From Eledone cirrhosa (lineage: Eukaryota), in contig OZ024754.1 in NCBI GenBank assembly GCA_964016885.1, forward strand, positions 43,028,001 to 43,092,000: a stretch of 64,000 nt of DNA, given 5' to 3'. The notes beneath the pieces are model-generated. The model made no database searches. It saw only the letters and a list, made by a program, of their open reading frames with translations, and was not told the origin of the DNA. Made by a program: the position numbers and the translations under genes. Positions 11,499 to 28,159 of the stretch are shown in pieces (the first letter of the stretch is position 1; every line of letters starts with the position of its first letter).

Positions 11499-11981
11499 CT
11501 CTAAACGGAATATCTCAGCTGCTGCGCCCCGTGGACAAGAGTATGAAAGTATTATCGTGGAACATCAGGCCTTTCGCCTCGCAAGAGTTCCTTTCTTATA
11601 CGTGATACACTTGACAGAGGGCCGGATAATTCAATATAAATCTAGATAGAGTGGATTAGTAAAAACTAGGAAACTGGGGCGACATTCTTGAGGCGTCCCA
11701 GAGCATTAAATGTCGATCATAAATCTGCCTCTACGCATGGTTAAACACACATAAAGACTGTTTGTTTTATATATGTGTGTCAGTTTGTAGTGTTACATAC
11801 ATATATATATATATATATATATACATGAATACATACATATATACACACATGAATATATACAAATATACATACATGAATATATATATGTATACATACATGA
11901 ATATATATATGTATACATACATGAATATATATATGTATACATACATGAATATATATGTATACATACATGAATATATACATG

Positions 11982-12016
<35 letters not shown>

Positions 12017-12141
12017 GAATGTATATATATGTATACATACATGAATATATACATGTATATATACATACATACATAAATGTCTTCTGTCCGTGTCTACGAC
12101 GCGTGTTCTAGTTGTTTGATGTTTTTTACTTTTTTGTGAAT

Positions 12142-12176
<35 letters not shown>

Positions 12177-12728
12177 GTCACTTTTATTGTTTTATACACG
12201 CACACACACTCTCACACACTCACACATACACATACTCTATCACTGACACACAAACACACACACACACACTCTTTCTCTCTCACACACACACATACATACT
12301 CTCTCTCTCACTCACACACATACACACACATACAAACACACATACACAGAGTATGGCAGTATGACAGTGTATGGCAGTGTAAAGTAGTGTATGGCAGTGT
12401 ATGACGGTGTATGACAGTGTAATACTGTATGCCAGTGTATGACAGTATAAGGCAGTGTATGGCAGTGTATGGCAGTCTATTTCTAAAATATGTCAGAGTA
12501 TATCTACCATATACTTGCCTTATAAGGTCAAATGGTGGGTGGAGCCATGACACTTTACAGCATATGTTGACACGTCCAAGCCTCATCTACATGTCAACAT
12601 ATCTCTGGACATCAGGTATTGTCCGGAGCACGTTCCTCTCTGTCTGCCTCTCTGTCTGCCTCTCTCTCTGTCTCTCTCTCTCTCTCTCTCACTCCCCCTA
12701 TCTCTGACACTCCAATTTACACAGTGAT

Positions 12729-13153
12729 ACCCACCAGATACCCACCAGATGCCCACCAGATTCCCACCAGACACCCACCAGACACCCACCAGATTCCCAC
12801 CAGATACCCACCAAATACCCACCAGATACCCACCAAATACCCACCAGATTCCCACCAGACACCCACCAGATTCCCACCAGACACCCGCCAGATACCCACC
12901 AGATACCCACCAGATACCCACCAGACACCTACCAGACACCCACCAGATACCCACCAGACACCCACCAGATACCCACCAGATACCCACCAGACACCCACCA
13001 GACACCCACCAGACACCCACCAGATTCCCACCAGACACCCACCAGATTCCCACCAGATTCCCGCCAGACACCCACCAGATTCCCACCAGATTCCCGCCAG
13101 ACACCCACCAGATACCCACCAGATACCCACCAGACACCCACCAGATACCCACC
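12729..13153. repeat. 11-bp minisatellite ((a/t)cccaccaga(t/c))n
   Basis: About 38 units seen directly. Confidence 0.9.
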
Positions 13154-13402
13154 ACCCTCAAATACTTTCTGGCCAATATTTCTCATACATTTTACTATTT
13201 TACTGAACCTCTATATCTACTCCCTCTTTCTTTCTCTCCTTCTCACTCTCTCCCTCCTCTTCACTCCCTCTCCAGCTCCCCCTCTCCCCTCCCCTCACCC
13301 CTTCTCATCAATATATTCTCCATGACACATTTAATTTCACACTATCATGGCATTTCAATCATCTTCGCAGCATCCGTGCATATATGTATGTATGTACATG
13401 TA

Positions 13403-13451
<49 letters not shown>

Positions 13452-13502
13452 ATGTATGTATGTATGTATGTATGCATGTATATATGTATGTATGCATGCA
13501 TT

Positions 13503-13533
<31 letters not shown>

Positions 13534-14430
13534 ATGTGTGTATATATATATATATAATATAATGTGTGTATATATATATATATAATATAATGTGTGTATA
13601 TATATATAATATAATGTGTGTATATATATAATATAATATAATGTGTGTGTATATATATATAATATAATGTGTGTGTATATATATATATACATATATATAT
13701 ATTGGAGGATGGTAGATTGAATGTGTGTGACAGTGTGTGACAGTGTGTGTTTATCTATTTGTGTGTTCCCAGTCTTCTATTACTGGACTACGTGAGGAAA
13801 CCCACACGAGATGAGCTTATGTATCACCACACACCTTACAGATTCCCAGGCTTGCCTCCTTCCTTAGTGTTCATGTTTGGCAGGTTTCTATTTAAATCCG
13901 TCTTTCTACCCTGTCGCTACCCACCAACAATTCCAGACAATCTACTAACAAATGTCTACAACTTTTCAGTTTACCAGACAAATGAAGACAAGAAATTTAC
14001 CATTAAACTTTTACTACAGTATATATATATTAGGATGGTCCTTAGCAATAGGTAATTTTCCGAAAGTTAAAATTCTGCTGCTCCTACCCCTCTAATCCTG
14101 TTTCAATTAATAAAAGCACGGAATGTGCAAAATTTCAGCTCAATTGGACAACTGTTAGGCGACCCCCAAACGCCTTGAAGTTAGAACATAGTATACGCAA
14201 CGATTAATTCTGTTCAAAAGCGGTATACTGTTCCCTATCTCGACCATTTTCTATTTTCTTCTGAGAGAAATGTATGTGGACACATCCAGGCAACCTCAGC
14301 AAATTTTTAAAAAACGTTCTGAATCAAATTTATTTCCGGGCGAAAACTTCAAAATTTCACGGCCGGTGAGGGTCGCCTTGCAGTTGTCCACTTGAGCTAA
14401 AGTTTTACATAGGTTGTTTTGCTGTTCATT

Positions 14431-14599
14431 GGAACAAGATAGGAGGGTGGGAGCATAACGCACCAGAGTACTCAATACTTAGAGTAGTAGGAAAAGAGTC
14501 AGGATCCCGACGGCTGAGCTCCGGCCGTTTCGACATCCGAACTGAGTTCGGATATAGCTGACGAAACGGCCGGAGCTCAGCCGTCGGGGTCCTGACTCT
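14431..14599. mobile_element. Family 3 fold-back element
   Basis: Palindrome 14495-14599 with apex atccgaact-g-agttcggat; tail on the left. Confidence 0.8.
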
Positions 14600-14838
14600 C
14601 AATGATAAACATTGATTGCCAGATAAATTAACTATGGAGATATGAATCATACAGAAGCGAAAACCAACCCAAACCAAACAGTGAGTGTGTTCTGTTATTA
14701 TTTCTGGCAATATTATTACATTGCCTTTCATCCTTACGGGGTCGAAAAATAAAGTACCAGTAATGAACTGGGTAATTGCTGGCCTTGTGCCTAAAGTATA
14801 AACAATTATTACAACAATATGACCCTCCCCAAGTATAA

Positions 14839-14840
<2 letters not shown>
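14600..14840 (+). mobile_element. Family 1b fragment interrupted by a SINE (about 14721-14806) with TSD attattaca
   Basis: agaagcgaaaaccaacc...ctggcaatatt [SINE] acaatatgaccctccccaagtata matches 18362-18450. Confidence 0.7.
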
Positions 14841-14882
<42 letters not shown>

Positions 14883-15330
14883 TAATTAATAATTAATAAT
14901 TTTATCAAATCTTCCATTCTCATTAATCATTTAAAACAGTGTATTTGACTAAAAAATCCGACCATAAATGTTTTAAGACTACTTTTTATAGCTCTTATTA
15001 GATATATAGGGTGTAAATCTCAAATCCGAAAGGTTTAGCAACTGGCATCCGTGAGTTATGTTTACGTAAGTAATATAATAGCAACATTAAGGCTTTTATT
15101 TATTCACCTCTCACGAGATCTAATTGTGGTTACTGGGTGGGGTAAGGGGTTAGGTAAGAGCAGGGGACTAATTCCATCACCCCCACCCCCCACATCTCTG
15201 TCTCCTAACTTTTCTTTTTATGCAACGAAATGTTCAATCCAACTTACGTAAGGTAACAAGATCTGTATATATACATGTATATATACATGTATATATACAT
15301 GTATATATACATGTATATATACATGTATAT

Positions 15331-15479
<149 letters not shown>

Positions 15480-15639
15480 TACATATATACATATATATAT
15501 ATATATACATATATATGTAGATATATATACATGTAGATATATATATATATACATGTAGATATATATATATACATGTAGATATATATATATACATGTATAT
15601 ATATATATATATATACATGTAGATATATATATATACATG

Positions 15640-15677
<38 letters not shown>

Positions 15678-15748
15678 TGTATATATATATATATATATAC
15701 ATGTATATATATATATATATATATACATGTATATATATATATATATAT

Positions 15749-15953
<205 letters not shown>

Positions 15954-15956
15954 TAT

Positions 15957-15991
<35 letters not shown>

Positions 15992-16100
15992 TATATATGT
16001 ATATAAATGGATTATAAATTGTGGCAATAGCATGCCTCTCTCTCTCTCTCTCTCTCTGTCTCATATATATATATATATATATATATGTGTATATATATAC

Positions 16101-16137
<37 letters not shown>

Positions 16138-16344
16138 TACACACACACACATATATATATATATACATAAGTGAGAGGCATGATATTGCCACATTTTGTA
16201 ATCCATTTAAAAACAGCTAAACACATTCTCTTCACTTGACATCTCGCTATTACTCTTGAGATTTTAGTATAATAATACAAAAAATTGTCTAGAGTTTGAA
16301 ACACACAGACACACACGCACACATACACACATACACATACATTA

Positions 16345-16426
<82 letters not shown>

Positions 16427-16480
16427 GTAAGTGATGATTGTTTCTATGTAGGGATGGGGAAAGTCGATTAAATCGACCCC

Positions 16481-16513
<33 letters not shown>

Positions 16514-16518
16514 TATAT

Positions 16519-16556
<38 letters not shown>

Positions 16557-16796
16557 CATTATCATCATCATCATCTTCGTTTAACGTCCATTTTCCAGGC
16601 TAGCATATAGTAATGTAAGGGATAACAAAATGTCGCTATAGGTAATCCAGTTAGAGGTTGTGAATACTTCTTATTATGGATAGTTTTAGCGTATGTAACC
16701 ATAGAAACAATTGTTAGACGTTAAATAAATCCCCTTTTTTGTACTGTTGACCATGTTATTCTTCACCTTTTCAATTATATATATACATATATATAC

Positions 16797-16841
<45 letters not shown>

Positions 16842-16893
16842 AATTAATAAAATAATGAATAAACAAAGAAACAGTTCCTTATATTAAAAAAAT

Positions 16894-17035
16894 TCATCAT
16901 TTTACGATCGTTTCTAGGATATATATGTGTTAGAGTTGGTATGCATATTCTATAGATCTATGTACACTATTTATACAAACTATCAGAGGGAATATACATA
17001 CCTACACATATATATGCTGTCTTCAGAAATAATAA
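16894..17035 (-). ncRNA. Type I hammerhead motif with about 105-nt stem II, family 7
   Basis: ttattattt CTGAAGA [atatatatgtgt..gtatgtatattc...gaatatgcatac..acacatatatat] GAAA cgatcg TA aaatgatga. Confidence 0.65.
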
Positions 17036-17194
17036 TTTAATTAATTTATCTTGACTCTGTTTTCCGTTTATTTTTCACCGAAAGTAGTTTTTGAATACAT
17101 CTTCTCTTTTCATGATATCCGGATTACATTAAGTTCTTCATGCGGATTGGACACTACCGTAAACTTTTGGTAGATTTATCTACATATATATATG

Positions 17195-17256
<62 letters not shown>

Positions 17257-17257
<1 letters not shown>

Positions 17258-17697
17258 ACGATATTAAACAAATGGAAACTATATTTATAAAACCATATTT
17301 ATTTCGTTATATATATTTCTGGGATATCATATTAAAAATATGGTATGCCTTCCTCAGACAAAATACAATACATAAGCTGCTTTATAAATAATTAGTGACA
17401 TACCTTATAATAATGCAACTTCCATTTAAAAAGTTGATTTGGAAGTTGCATTATTATAAGGTATGTCACTAATTATTTATAAAACAGCTTATGTATTGTA
17501 TTTTGTCTGAGGAAGGCATACCATATTTTTAATATGATATCCCAGAAATATATATAACGAAATAAATATGGTTTTATAAATATAGTTTCCATTTGTTTAA
17601 TATCGTAAACCTACTCCAGAAACTGTTGAGTGCTTTTATATCAGTTATAAAATATTTACTCGTTGTAACCCAACAATCTTAAATAAAACTTTTGCAT
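17257..17697. mobile_element. Family 2 fold-back element: palindrome 17257-17607 plus 90-bp tail
   Basis: 168-bp arms, 15-nt spacer, one mismatch seen. HHRs at 17499-17564 (+) and 17300-17365 (-). Confidence 0.9.
17499..17564 (+). ncRNA. Minimal hammerhead ribozyme, family 2 (covariant stem I)
   Basis: tattttgt CTGAGGA ... GAAA tatata TA acgaaata. Confidence 0.7.
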
Positions 17698-17718
17698 ATA
17701 TATGTATATATATATATA

Positions 17719-18662
<944 letters not shown>

Positions 18663-18670
18663 TAATATAT

Positions 18671-18743
<73 letters not shown>

Positions 18744-19321
18744 CTTTTACTCTTTTACCTGTTTCAGCCATCCGGTGAACACTGGATGTGTACATAGAGG
18801 CAAGATAAAAATACTTCGTGTACACAGCTGGGCCACAGTTTAAGGCACTGCCCCAGCTGTGGCACAGTTTAAGGCACTGGCCCAGCTGCGGCACAGTTTA
18901 ATGACAATAAGCAGTAACAGATATAAAACAGTAAAAGGTCAGAAGGAAGTAGTCCATACATGTTGTCATGTTGTAAAATAACTTCTTGACATCATTTCAA
19001 ACAACGAATGTAATGTCTTTGTCATACATCATCACCACCACCACCATCATCATCACCACCCTCATCACCATCACCACCACCACCCTCATCACCATCACCA
19101 CCACCATCATCAGCATCACCATCAGCATCATCATCATCATCATCACCATCACCACCATCATCATCACCACCATCATCAGCACCATCATCAGCACCATCAT
19201 CAGCATCATCATCACCACCATCATCATCATCATCACCACCATCATCATCACCACCACCACCATCACCACCACCACCATCATCATCACCACCATCATCATC
19301 ATCACCACCACCACCACCACC

Positions 19322-19352
<31 letters not shown>

Positions 19353-20334
19353 CCACCATCATCATCATCACCACCATCAGCATCATCACCAGCATCATCA
19401 TCACCACCATCATCATCATCACCATCATTATCATCATCACCACCACCATCATCGTTATCATCGTGGTGGTGGTGGTGGTGGTGGTGGTGGTGGTCGTCGT
19501 CGTCGTTGTCTGTTGTCACAGGAAACTAAATATATCGATTACCAAGATGGCGGCCAGCTAGTGATAATAAAAAGGGAGAAAGTGGAAGTGGTGGGGGAGG
19601 TGTCGCATGTCTCTTCTAACTTTGTATCGTTTACAATATATACACACACACACATACTTACATATACACAGACACACACATACTTACATATACACAGACA
19701 CACACATATATACACAGACACACACATACTTACATATACACAGACACACACATATATACACAGACACACACATACTTACATATACACAGACACACACATA
19801 TATACACAGACACACACATACTTACATATACACAGACACACACATACTTACATATACACAGACACACACATACTTACATATACACAGACACACACATATA
19901 TACACAGACACACACATACTTACATATACACAGACACACACATACTTACATATACACAGACACACACATACTTACATATACACAGACACACACATACTTA
20001 CATATACACAGACACACACATACTTACATATACTCAGACACACATACTTACATATACACAGACACACGCATACTTACATATACACAGACACACACTTACA
20101 TATGCACACACACACACATACTTACATATACACACACACACATACTTACATATACACAGACACACGCATACTTACATATACACAGACACACACATACACA
20201 CTCTCTCTCTCAATCACACACACACACACACACACTGTCTCTCACACACACTCACACACACACTCTCTCTCACACACACTCACACACGCACTCTCTCTCT
20301 CTCTCACACACACTCTCTCTCTTACACATACACA

Positions 20335-20385
<51 letters not shown>

Positions 20386-20518
20386 TCTCTCTCAATCACA
20401 CGCACACACTCTCTCTCTCTCACACACACACACACACTCTCTCTCATACACATACTCTCTCTCTCTCACACACACTCTCTCTCTCACACACACACCCTCT
20501 CTCAATCATACACACACA

Positions 20519-20560
<42 letters not shown>

Positions 20561-20882
20561 TTCTCTCTCTCTCTCTCACACACACACTCTCTCTCTAACA
20601 CACACACACTCTCTCACACATACTCACTGTCTCTAACACACACACACTCTTTCTCTCTCTCACACACACTCTCTCTCACTCACACACACACTCTCTGTCA
20701 CACACACACTCTCTCTTACATACACACACACACACACACAAATATATACATGTATATACATACAATCATACATACATATATATATACATATATACATACA
20801 TATATATCCAAGAAGCTCCAACCGTTAAGGTTGTCTTTTTTCAGGGTATGTCGATATTTATTTATAAAACTAATCTGCATTG

Positions 20883-20948
20883 TATTTTATCTGATGAAAG
20901 CGCACCATAATTTGCCTTGGTGGCCCTTGAAATATGTATAATAGAATA
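20883..20948 (+). ncRNA. Minimal hammerhead motif, family 2
   Basis: tattttat CTGATGA aagc gcacca...tggtg gccctt GAAA tatgta TA atagaata. Confidence 0.65.
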
Positions 20949-21021
20949 AATATGGTTTTATAAATATAGTTTCCATTTGTTAATATATATATATATATAA
21001 AATATATATATATAATATATA

Positions 21022-21062
<41 letters not shown>

Positions 21063-21439
21063 TATATAATATAAAAAATATATATACATATATATAATAT
21101 AAAATATAACACTTTAATGGGGTGTAACCCAACATATCTACAGTGTAATGACTGACAGTAAAATAACAGAGAGTGTAAGGAAGACTAGAGAAGAGATTAC
21201 TTGTGAAATAGTTCAGTTGTCTGAAATCGATTGTTTAAGCTATAAACTGTAATCAGAAATGGAGTAATGTAACATAATATTGGTTTTATTTCGGTTATTT
21301 ACGTAATTTGAGTGAGAAAGCAGATATTTGATGTCCAGGTTGGGTATCTTTAAAATATTGATTGTACCACACCCCACGTCACATGGAACATTTGGTCGTT
21401 AACTGACAAACAATTCTCAACTGGATACACAAGCACACA

Positions 21440-22090
21440 CACACACACATACATACATATACATATAGGCCCACACACACATACATACATATAGGCCCCC
21501 ACACACATACATACATATAGGCCCACACACACATACATACATATAGGCACACACACACATACATACATATAGGCCCACACACACATACATACACATAGGC
21601 CCCCACACACATACATACATATAGGCCCACACACACACATACATACATATAGGCCCACACACATACATACATATAGGCCCACACACACATACATACATAT
21701 AGGCCCACACACATACATACATATAGGCACACACACACACACATACATACATATAGGCCCACACACACATACATACATATAGGCCCCCACACACACATAC
21801 ATACATATAGGCCCCCACACACATACATACATATAGGCCCACACACACATACATACACATAGGCCCCCACACACATACATACATATAGGCCCACACACAC
21901 ACACACATACATACATATAGGCACACACACACATACATACATATAGGCCCACACACACATACATACATATAGGCACACACACACATACATACATATAGGC
22001 CCCCACACACATACATATAGGCCCCCACACACATACATACATATAGGCCCCCACACACATACATACATATAGGCCCACACACACATATAT
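21440..22090. repeat. Compound minisatellite (acacacatacatacatataggccc)n
   Basis: Seen directly; variable unit of about 24-30 bp. Confidence 0.85.
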
Positions 22091-22183
22091 ATAAGAACGC
22101 GCACACACACACAGTCACACACACATAGGTACACACACACTCACACATACACACACATATATAGGCATACACAGATATATAGG

Positions 22184-22244
<61 letters not shown>

Positions 22245-22335
22245 GCACACACACACACACACACACACATATATAGGTACATACACTTTATCAAGCAGCT
22301 CCCTGTTTCTTCAAGAATTTATATATATATATATA

Positions 22336-22441
22336 TGAAGGACTAGCGTCCGAAACGTTAAGGCCCTCTTGCTATTTCAAGCGTTAAACTAATATATCCC
22401 TTCCATATACTCTACCGATTGTGTTGTTATTTCTGTTTACC

Positions 22442-22448
<7 letters not shown>
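22336..22448 (+). mobile_element. Family 6 element, 5'-truncated within its hammerhead
   Basis: tga a ggac tagc gtcc GAAA cg TT aagg followed by sequence homologous to 44795-44870. Confidence 0.6.
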
Positions 22449-22490
<42 letters not shown>

Positions 22491-22713
22491 CGTATGTATA
22501 TATTGTGCGTTGGGGTTTATACATACATGCCTATATATAAACGTAGATTATGTGACCTTCCCCAGTGTGTCTTTTAAAACATGTTTTATGTCTGGGAAGC
22601 TCAGGCCAAAAACTAAATCAACAAACAGACAATTATATATGCACGTGATAAGAAATATTTGACACGAAAACGAGTAAAAACACACACACACACACATATA
22701 TATATATACATAC

Positions 22714-22748
<35 letters not shown>

Positions 22749-22910
22749 TACATATATATATGTATATATATATATATACACATTCACATACACACATATA
22801 TATATATACGCATACACATACACACATATATATATATACATTCATACATACATATATATATATATATATATGTATGTATATATATATATCCATATATATA
22901 CTGTATATAA

Positions 22911-22956
<46 letters not shown>

Positions 22957-23038
22957 ATATATATATATAAAGTATGGTTATGGTCCAGCGGTCTGTCAAA
23001 ACAAACAGGGCTGAAATGTGAAATTGATCCGTGAAAAA

Positions 23039-23198
23039 GCCACGTGACAATCAGTATTTCCGTTTGTGTTGCGTGTGACTGGTTGCTAGGTTAATCAGAC
23101 ATCCGATCAGCTGCGTCGAACTGAAAACAAAGTAGAAGAGATTTTAGAGAAGGTAAAAATTTTGGGAATTAGATTGAATTTCTGCGCTCCAGGTAAGC
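23039..23198 (+). promoter_or_regulatory. Possible promoter / non-coding first exon
   Basis: Unique CpG-retaining stretch with E-box CACGTG (23041), X-box-like ggttgctaggttaat (23071) and a strong donor CAG/gtaagc (23193). Motif evidence only. Confidence 0.2.
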
Positions 23199-23549
23199 GA
23201 CCCGTAACATATATTGGGTTGCTATGAGATTACGTGATATGGTATCTCTTTAGCGGAGATAAAGGTGAGAGCACACAGCATGAAGAAGTGGGTGGGGGTG
23301 GTGGTGTCGTAGGAAGGGAAGATGTTGACACAAATAAAGAAGCGAAAGGGAAATATGTTTCTTCTTCTTCTTCTTCTTCTTCTTCTTCTTCTTCTTCTTC
23401 TTCTTCTTCTTCTTCTTCTTCTTCTTCTCGTTCTTATACCATCACCAATATGACATACGAATAGATGTGTATAAGTATGTCTCTCTCTCTCTCTCTCTAT
23501 ACAAAAAGGTACTCACTTTTCGTTGGCTTCTGGTCCCACCCACCTCATT

Positions 23550-23597
23550 CAGGCTGAATGAGTTGGGGCCCAGAACCCAACGAAACTTGAGTACCTG
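23550..23597 (+). ncRNA. Hammerhead motif, family 4, in a decayed fold-back (23507-23600)
   Basis: cagg CTGAATGA gttggg gcccagaa cccaac GAAA cttgag TA cctg. Confidence 0.65.
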
Positions 23598-24104
23598 TTT
23601 ATGTCACTGTTGTAATTATTTATACTAAACTCGTCCTATGGACTTGGTCTTTCCAATTGCTAATACTATCTATCGGTCGCAACTCCAGGTAGAAGGAGCA
23701 ACACCTGTATCTATGTATAAATGCTTGTATTTATGTATGTATGTATGTATGTATGTATGTATATATACATATATATATGTATATATTCTTATATGAACAT
23801 ATGTATCTGTGTATATATATAGGTATATATTTGTGGGTATGCGGGTGTGATGTTTCCAGTACATGTATCGAAGTGACCGTACGAATAAATTAACATTTTT
23901 TTTACAATATCTTCACATCTTTTTGTTAGATTTATTTTAACAAAGCTGTCAGCCCCACTTAATCTATAACAACCACACCCTTTAAATGTGACATGGACAC
24001 TGTGTCATGTAAGAATTATACCTGGTAGCGTGATAAGCGACAATCCGTGAAACTTAGAGTTGCAAAAGATCTATCTCAGTCACTCTGGTACACACACATA
24101 CGCA

Positions 24105-24214
<110 letters not shown>

Positions 24215-24217
24215 ACT

Positions 24218-24281
24218 CCTACAAGACTAGAACTGTTTAATTCGTATGAAATCATCAGGAATGAAACAGTTCTAGTCCTGT
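24218..24281. mobile_element. Family 5 fragment with inversion
   Basis: acaagactagaactgttt...atcatcagga atgaaacagttctagtcctgt; homologous to 56407-56515. Confidence 0.6.
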
Positions 24282-24624
24282 CGAAGTCATTTCTCCCCCC
24301 CCTCTCTCTCTCTCTCTATAATAAAGCTGACTATACTCTACCAATGAATTGAGTACTCTTTTTAACTGTAGTTACCCCATAGCACAACTCTTGGGTCTAT
24401 GTATATATAATTTTATTTACTTCACTGCTGAAGTCTATCTTGTTTAAATTGACCATGGCTACTTTTACATCTTATCTACCTTGCATCCAGCCATTTTTAC
24501 ACACTCACACATACATACATCCATCTATCCATACATACATACATACATGCATATGAACAAACATATACATACATTCAAACATACATACATGTATACATTC
24601 AAACATAATACCTACATATGTACA

Positions 24625-24886
24625 TGGTGGCTGCCAATTCGTTTTCGAGTACGGCCACTACTTTATATCCATGTAGGAGAACTCCTACTGATGCGCTGAA
24701 CGAGTGTGACTTTTTAGTCCAACCAGTGACTTGAAAATTCTGGTACAAACACTACATTTGTGACAATTATTGACACAGTGCTGGGCCCATGGTACCATGT
24801 GACGACAAGTGCAGAGAGATCTCCAGATATAAAGCAATGCCTGTGCCGTGAAGCTTTTATAGTGAGCAAAGGCACTGCACAAAGCA
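24625..24886 (-). mobile_element. RTE-derived non-autonomous element (3' part)
   Basis: Inverted near-copy of 34028-34290; encodes HKCSVCTRIFKSLVGLKSHTRSAH (RTE C-terminal C2H2-like); (TATG)n tail. Confidence 0.8.
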
Positions 24887-24930
24887 TACATACATACATA
24901 CATACATACATACATACATACATACATACA

Positions 24931-25230
24931 TTGATGAGGAGTTTACAAATCCAGTATCCAAGATACACCTTTAGCTTCATACCCATCATTATAGGAGCTA
25001 CGGGTTATATACCAACCCGCTTGGACCAAAGTATGACTGAACTTGGATTTGCGGACAAATAGCGCAGCTCCCTAATTCATAGTCTACAAATGGCTGCGAT
25101 AGCTGGCACCTTCAAAATTTGCAAAACGTTCTTGCGATTCAAGGGATGACAATTTCTTTTCTTTTACAACCTTGCCACCAGGAAGGTGGCCGGTCAAAAA
25201 AATATACTCAAAATTAAGAGAAAGAGATAA
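24931..25230 (+). pseudogene. 3' end of an R4/Dong-clade RLE LINE in (CATA)n
   Basis: LMRSLQIQYPRYTFSFIPIIIGATGYIP...*...LQMAAIAGTFKICKTFLRF matches the RLE LINE C-terminus; (TACA)n on both flanks. Confidence 0.75.
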
Positions 25231-26250
25231 CATACATTCATATATTCATACATACATACATACATACATACATACCTACACTCATACATACATACATACC
25301 TACCTACATACCTACATACATACATACATACATACATATACATACATACACTCATACATACATAGACACATATATACATTCATACATACATATATACATA
25401 CATAGATTCATACACATATACATACATACACTCATACATACATAGACACATATATACATTCATACATACATATATACATAGATTCATACATATATACATA
25501 CATACACTCATACATACATACCTACCTACCTACATACATACATACATACATACATACATACATACATACATAAATACACTCATACATACATAGACACATA
25601 CATACATTCATACATACATACATACACTCATACATACATACACTCATACATACATACATACATACATACATAGACACATACATACATAGACACATACATA
25701 CATTCATACATACATACATACATACACTCATACATACATACACTCATACATACATACATACATACATACATACACTCATACATACATAGACACATACATA
25801 CATACCTACCTCCATACATACATACACTCATACATACATACATACATACATACATACATAGACACATACATACATAGACACATACATACATACCTACCTC
25901 CATACATACATACATACATACATACATACATAAATACACTCATACATACATAGACACATACATACATTCATACATACATACATACATACACTCATACATA
26001 CATAGACACATACATACATAGACACATACATACATACCTACCTCCATACATACATACATACATACATACATACATACATACATACATACATACATACATA
26101 CATACATACATGGGTATTTGAGTACATAATATATTTAGACGTTTTAAACATTTTTAGTCTTTCACGGATTAGGACCAATAAAGGTAATTGTACAGTCGTC
26201 TGCTTCGTCGCTTAGAAGACTTATTTTGAACTCTGTAAGTATGCAACGTG

Positions 26251-26303
<53 letters not shown>

Positions 26304-27243
26304 TACATAACATATTTGTTTAGAGAGGGATTAGTTGTATTTCATGTTGGTGCTGTGGTGGTATTTGTTGTTGCTAAGTTACGTATCATTATTATCATTA
26401 TTATTGTTGTTGTTGTTGTGGTATTTGTTGACATTTATTTATTTAATTATTCAAGTCTGAAGTTATCATCAAATCCTCTGTCATATACAACCCCCCTCCC
26501 GTCGTCCCACCCCAAACTGTTAATATCCCAACGGCTTTTCAATTAAATATTTCGGTCATAAAAGCTCTTCATCTCGTCACCTCCTTAATACCAATATTAC
26601 ATAACATATTCTGCTTAGTATCGTTTACATCATTTTAACTATTCATGTTGGGTTTTTTTTTTGGTAATTCTTAGCATTTTTTTCTGCATATATCTGCAGA
26701 TTACTTTATTTTAGCTGCAGTTTGTACTTAATTTTGTCTCTATTTTAATTAAAGAAATATTTCTCATGAGCAATGTTTGCAAGTTTTAAATAAAGATTAG
26801 GAACATTTTTGACAGAATATTGGTTATTTTATTTAGTTATTTATTTTTCATAAAAATTAATTTTGCTGATGTTATTGAAAAAAAGTAAATATACAAACAA
26901 ACTGGTTTTAACTCTTTCCTTAGGAGATTCTTGTGAAAGTCTCTGTTAATGATTATCTAATAATTTTGAGAATAATCAAGATGTTGGAAGAATTATATAA
27001 TATAGGAAACTTATGATCAAAGGGCTTTGTATATTATAATAACTTTAAAATAAACAGCGCTGTATCATAGAACTATGGCTGGGTTCAGGTATTTTGGTAC
27101 CATACTCAGTTTTGGTGGAGTATTTTAGAGGAAACATTGACCCTCACACCCTGCCATTTCTGAAGCCCGTTTTGGAGTACACTACCCGTTACTCTGACTA
27201 AAACCTCCTGTCAACTAAAACACAGTTTCGGGAGGCCAATAAC

Positions 27244-27432
27244 TGTTTCTACTGTTTGGCACAAGGCCAGCAATTATCCCAGTGTATTACTGGTACTTTA
27301 TTTTATCGACCCCCGTAAGGATGAAAGGCAAAATTAACCTCGGCGGGATTTGAAATCAGACCACAAAGGGCCGTAACTCTTTGCTGCAAAGCATGGTGTC
27401 CGACCATCTACCGATACTGTCAGTCCACCGCC
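27244..27432 (-). mobile_element. tRNA-SINE copy
   Basis: Reverse complement of the SINE consensus. Confidence 0.85.
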
Positions 27433-28109
27433 CAGGAAGCCAATAATATTGGCCACTAAGCCACACCACTTTTTTTAGGGATAGATAGATGGACAGATCG
27501 ATGGACAGATCGATGGACAGATCGATGGACAGATCGATGGATCTGTTGTTGTGAATAGATGTGTGTTTATGTATTTCTATATTTCTATATATGTATACAT
27601 GTATATACATGTATATACATGTATATACATGTCTATTTGTGTATATATACATGTATGTATATACATGTATGTATATACATGTATATATATATATATACAC
27701 ACAAATAAACACATCCTTTTATGTGGACAGTTCCAACTCCTAAGTGGATACCCTCATCTTTAGTAAGGGCCTCATCTGTTACTTCTATCCTCCATATTGT
27801 AAAGTCCCATACACGCCATCTTCTTACATATATTTCCATTGTTACAGCAATACAATCATTAAACGAAAAGATATCGAAACATGGAGGCAGAATTTAAAAC
27901 AACAATTATGTAGAACAGATATTCTATTGTTCAGTTTCTTATGGGAGAATAGTTATTAGTTATTGACTTAAATCTCGCGAGATTGCCGACAATTGTTGAT
28001 TTCAGCCAATTGTAAACCTTTAAAGCTACTTGTAGTTGGTCATGTGATCTTCTCGCTGATTTTTTTTTTCTACCGAATAGCTAACTACGTGAATATGCAG
28101 GTCTGTCTG

Positions 28110-28159
<50 letters not shown>

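Noticed and set aside
14030-14410. DNA-transposon-like fragment with internal inverted subrepeat (about 14130-14166 / 14370-14406)
   Set aside because: No second TIR or TSD found, so it cannot be classified.
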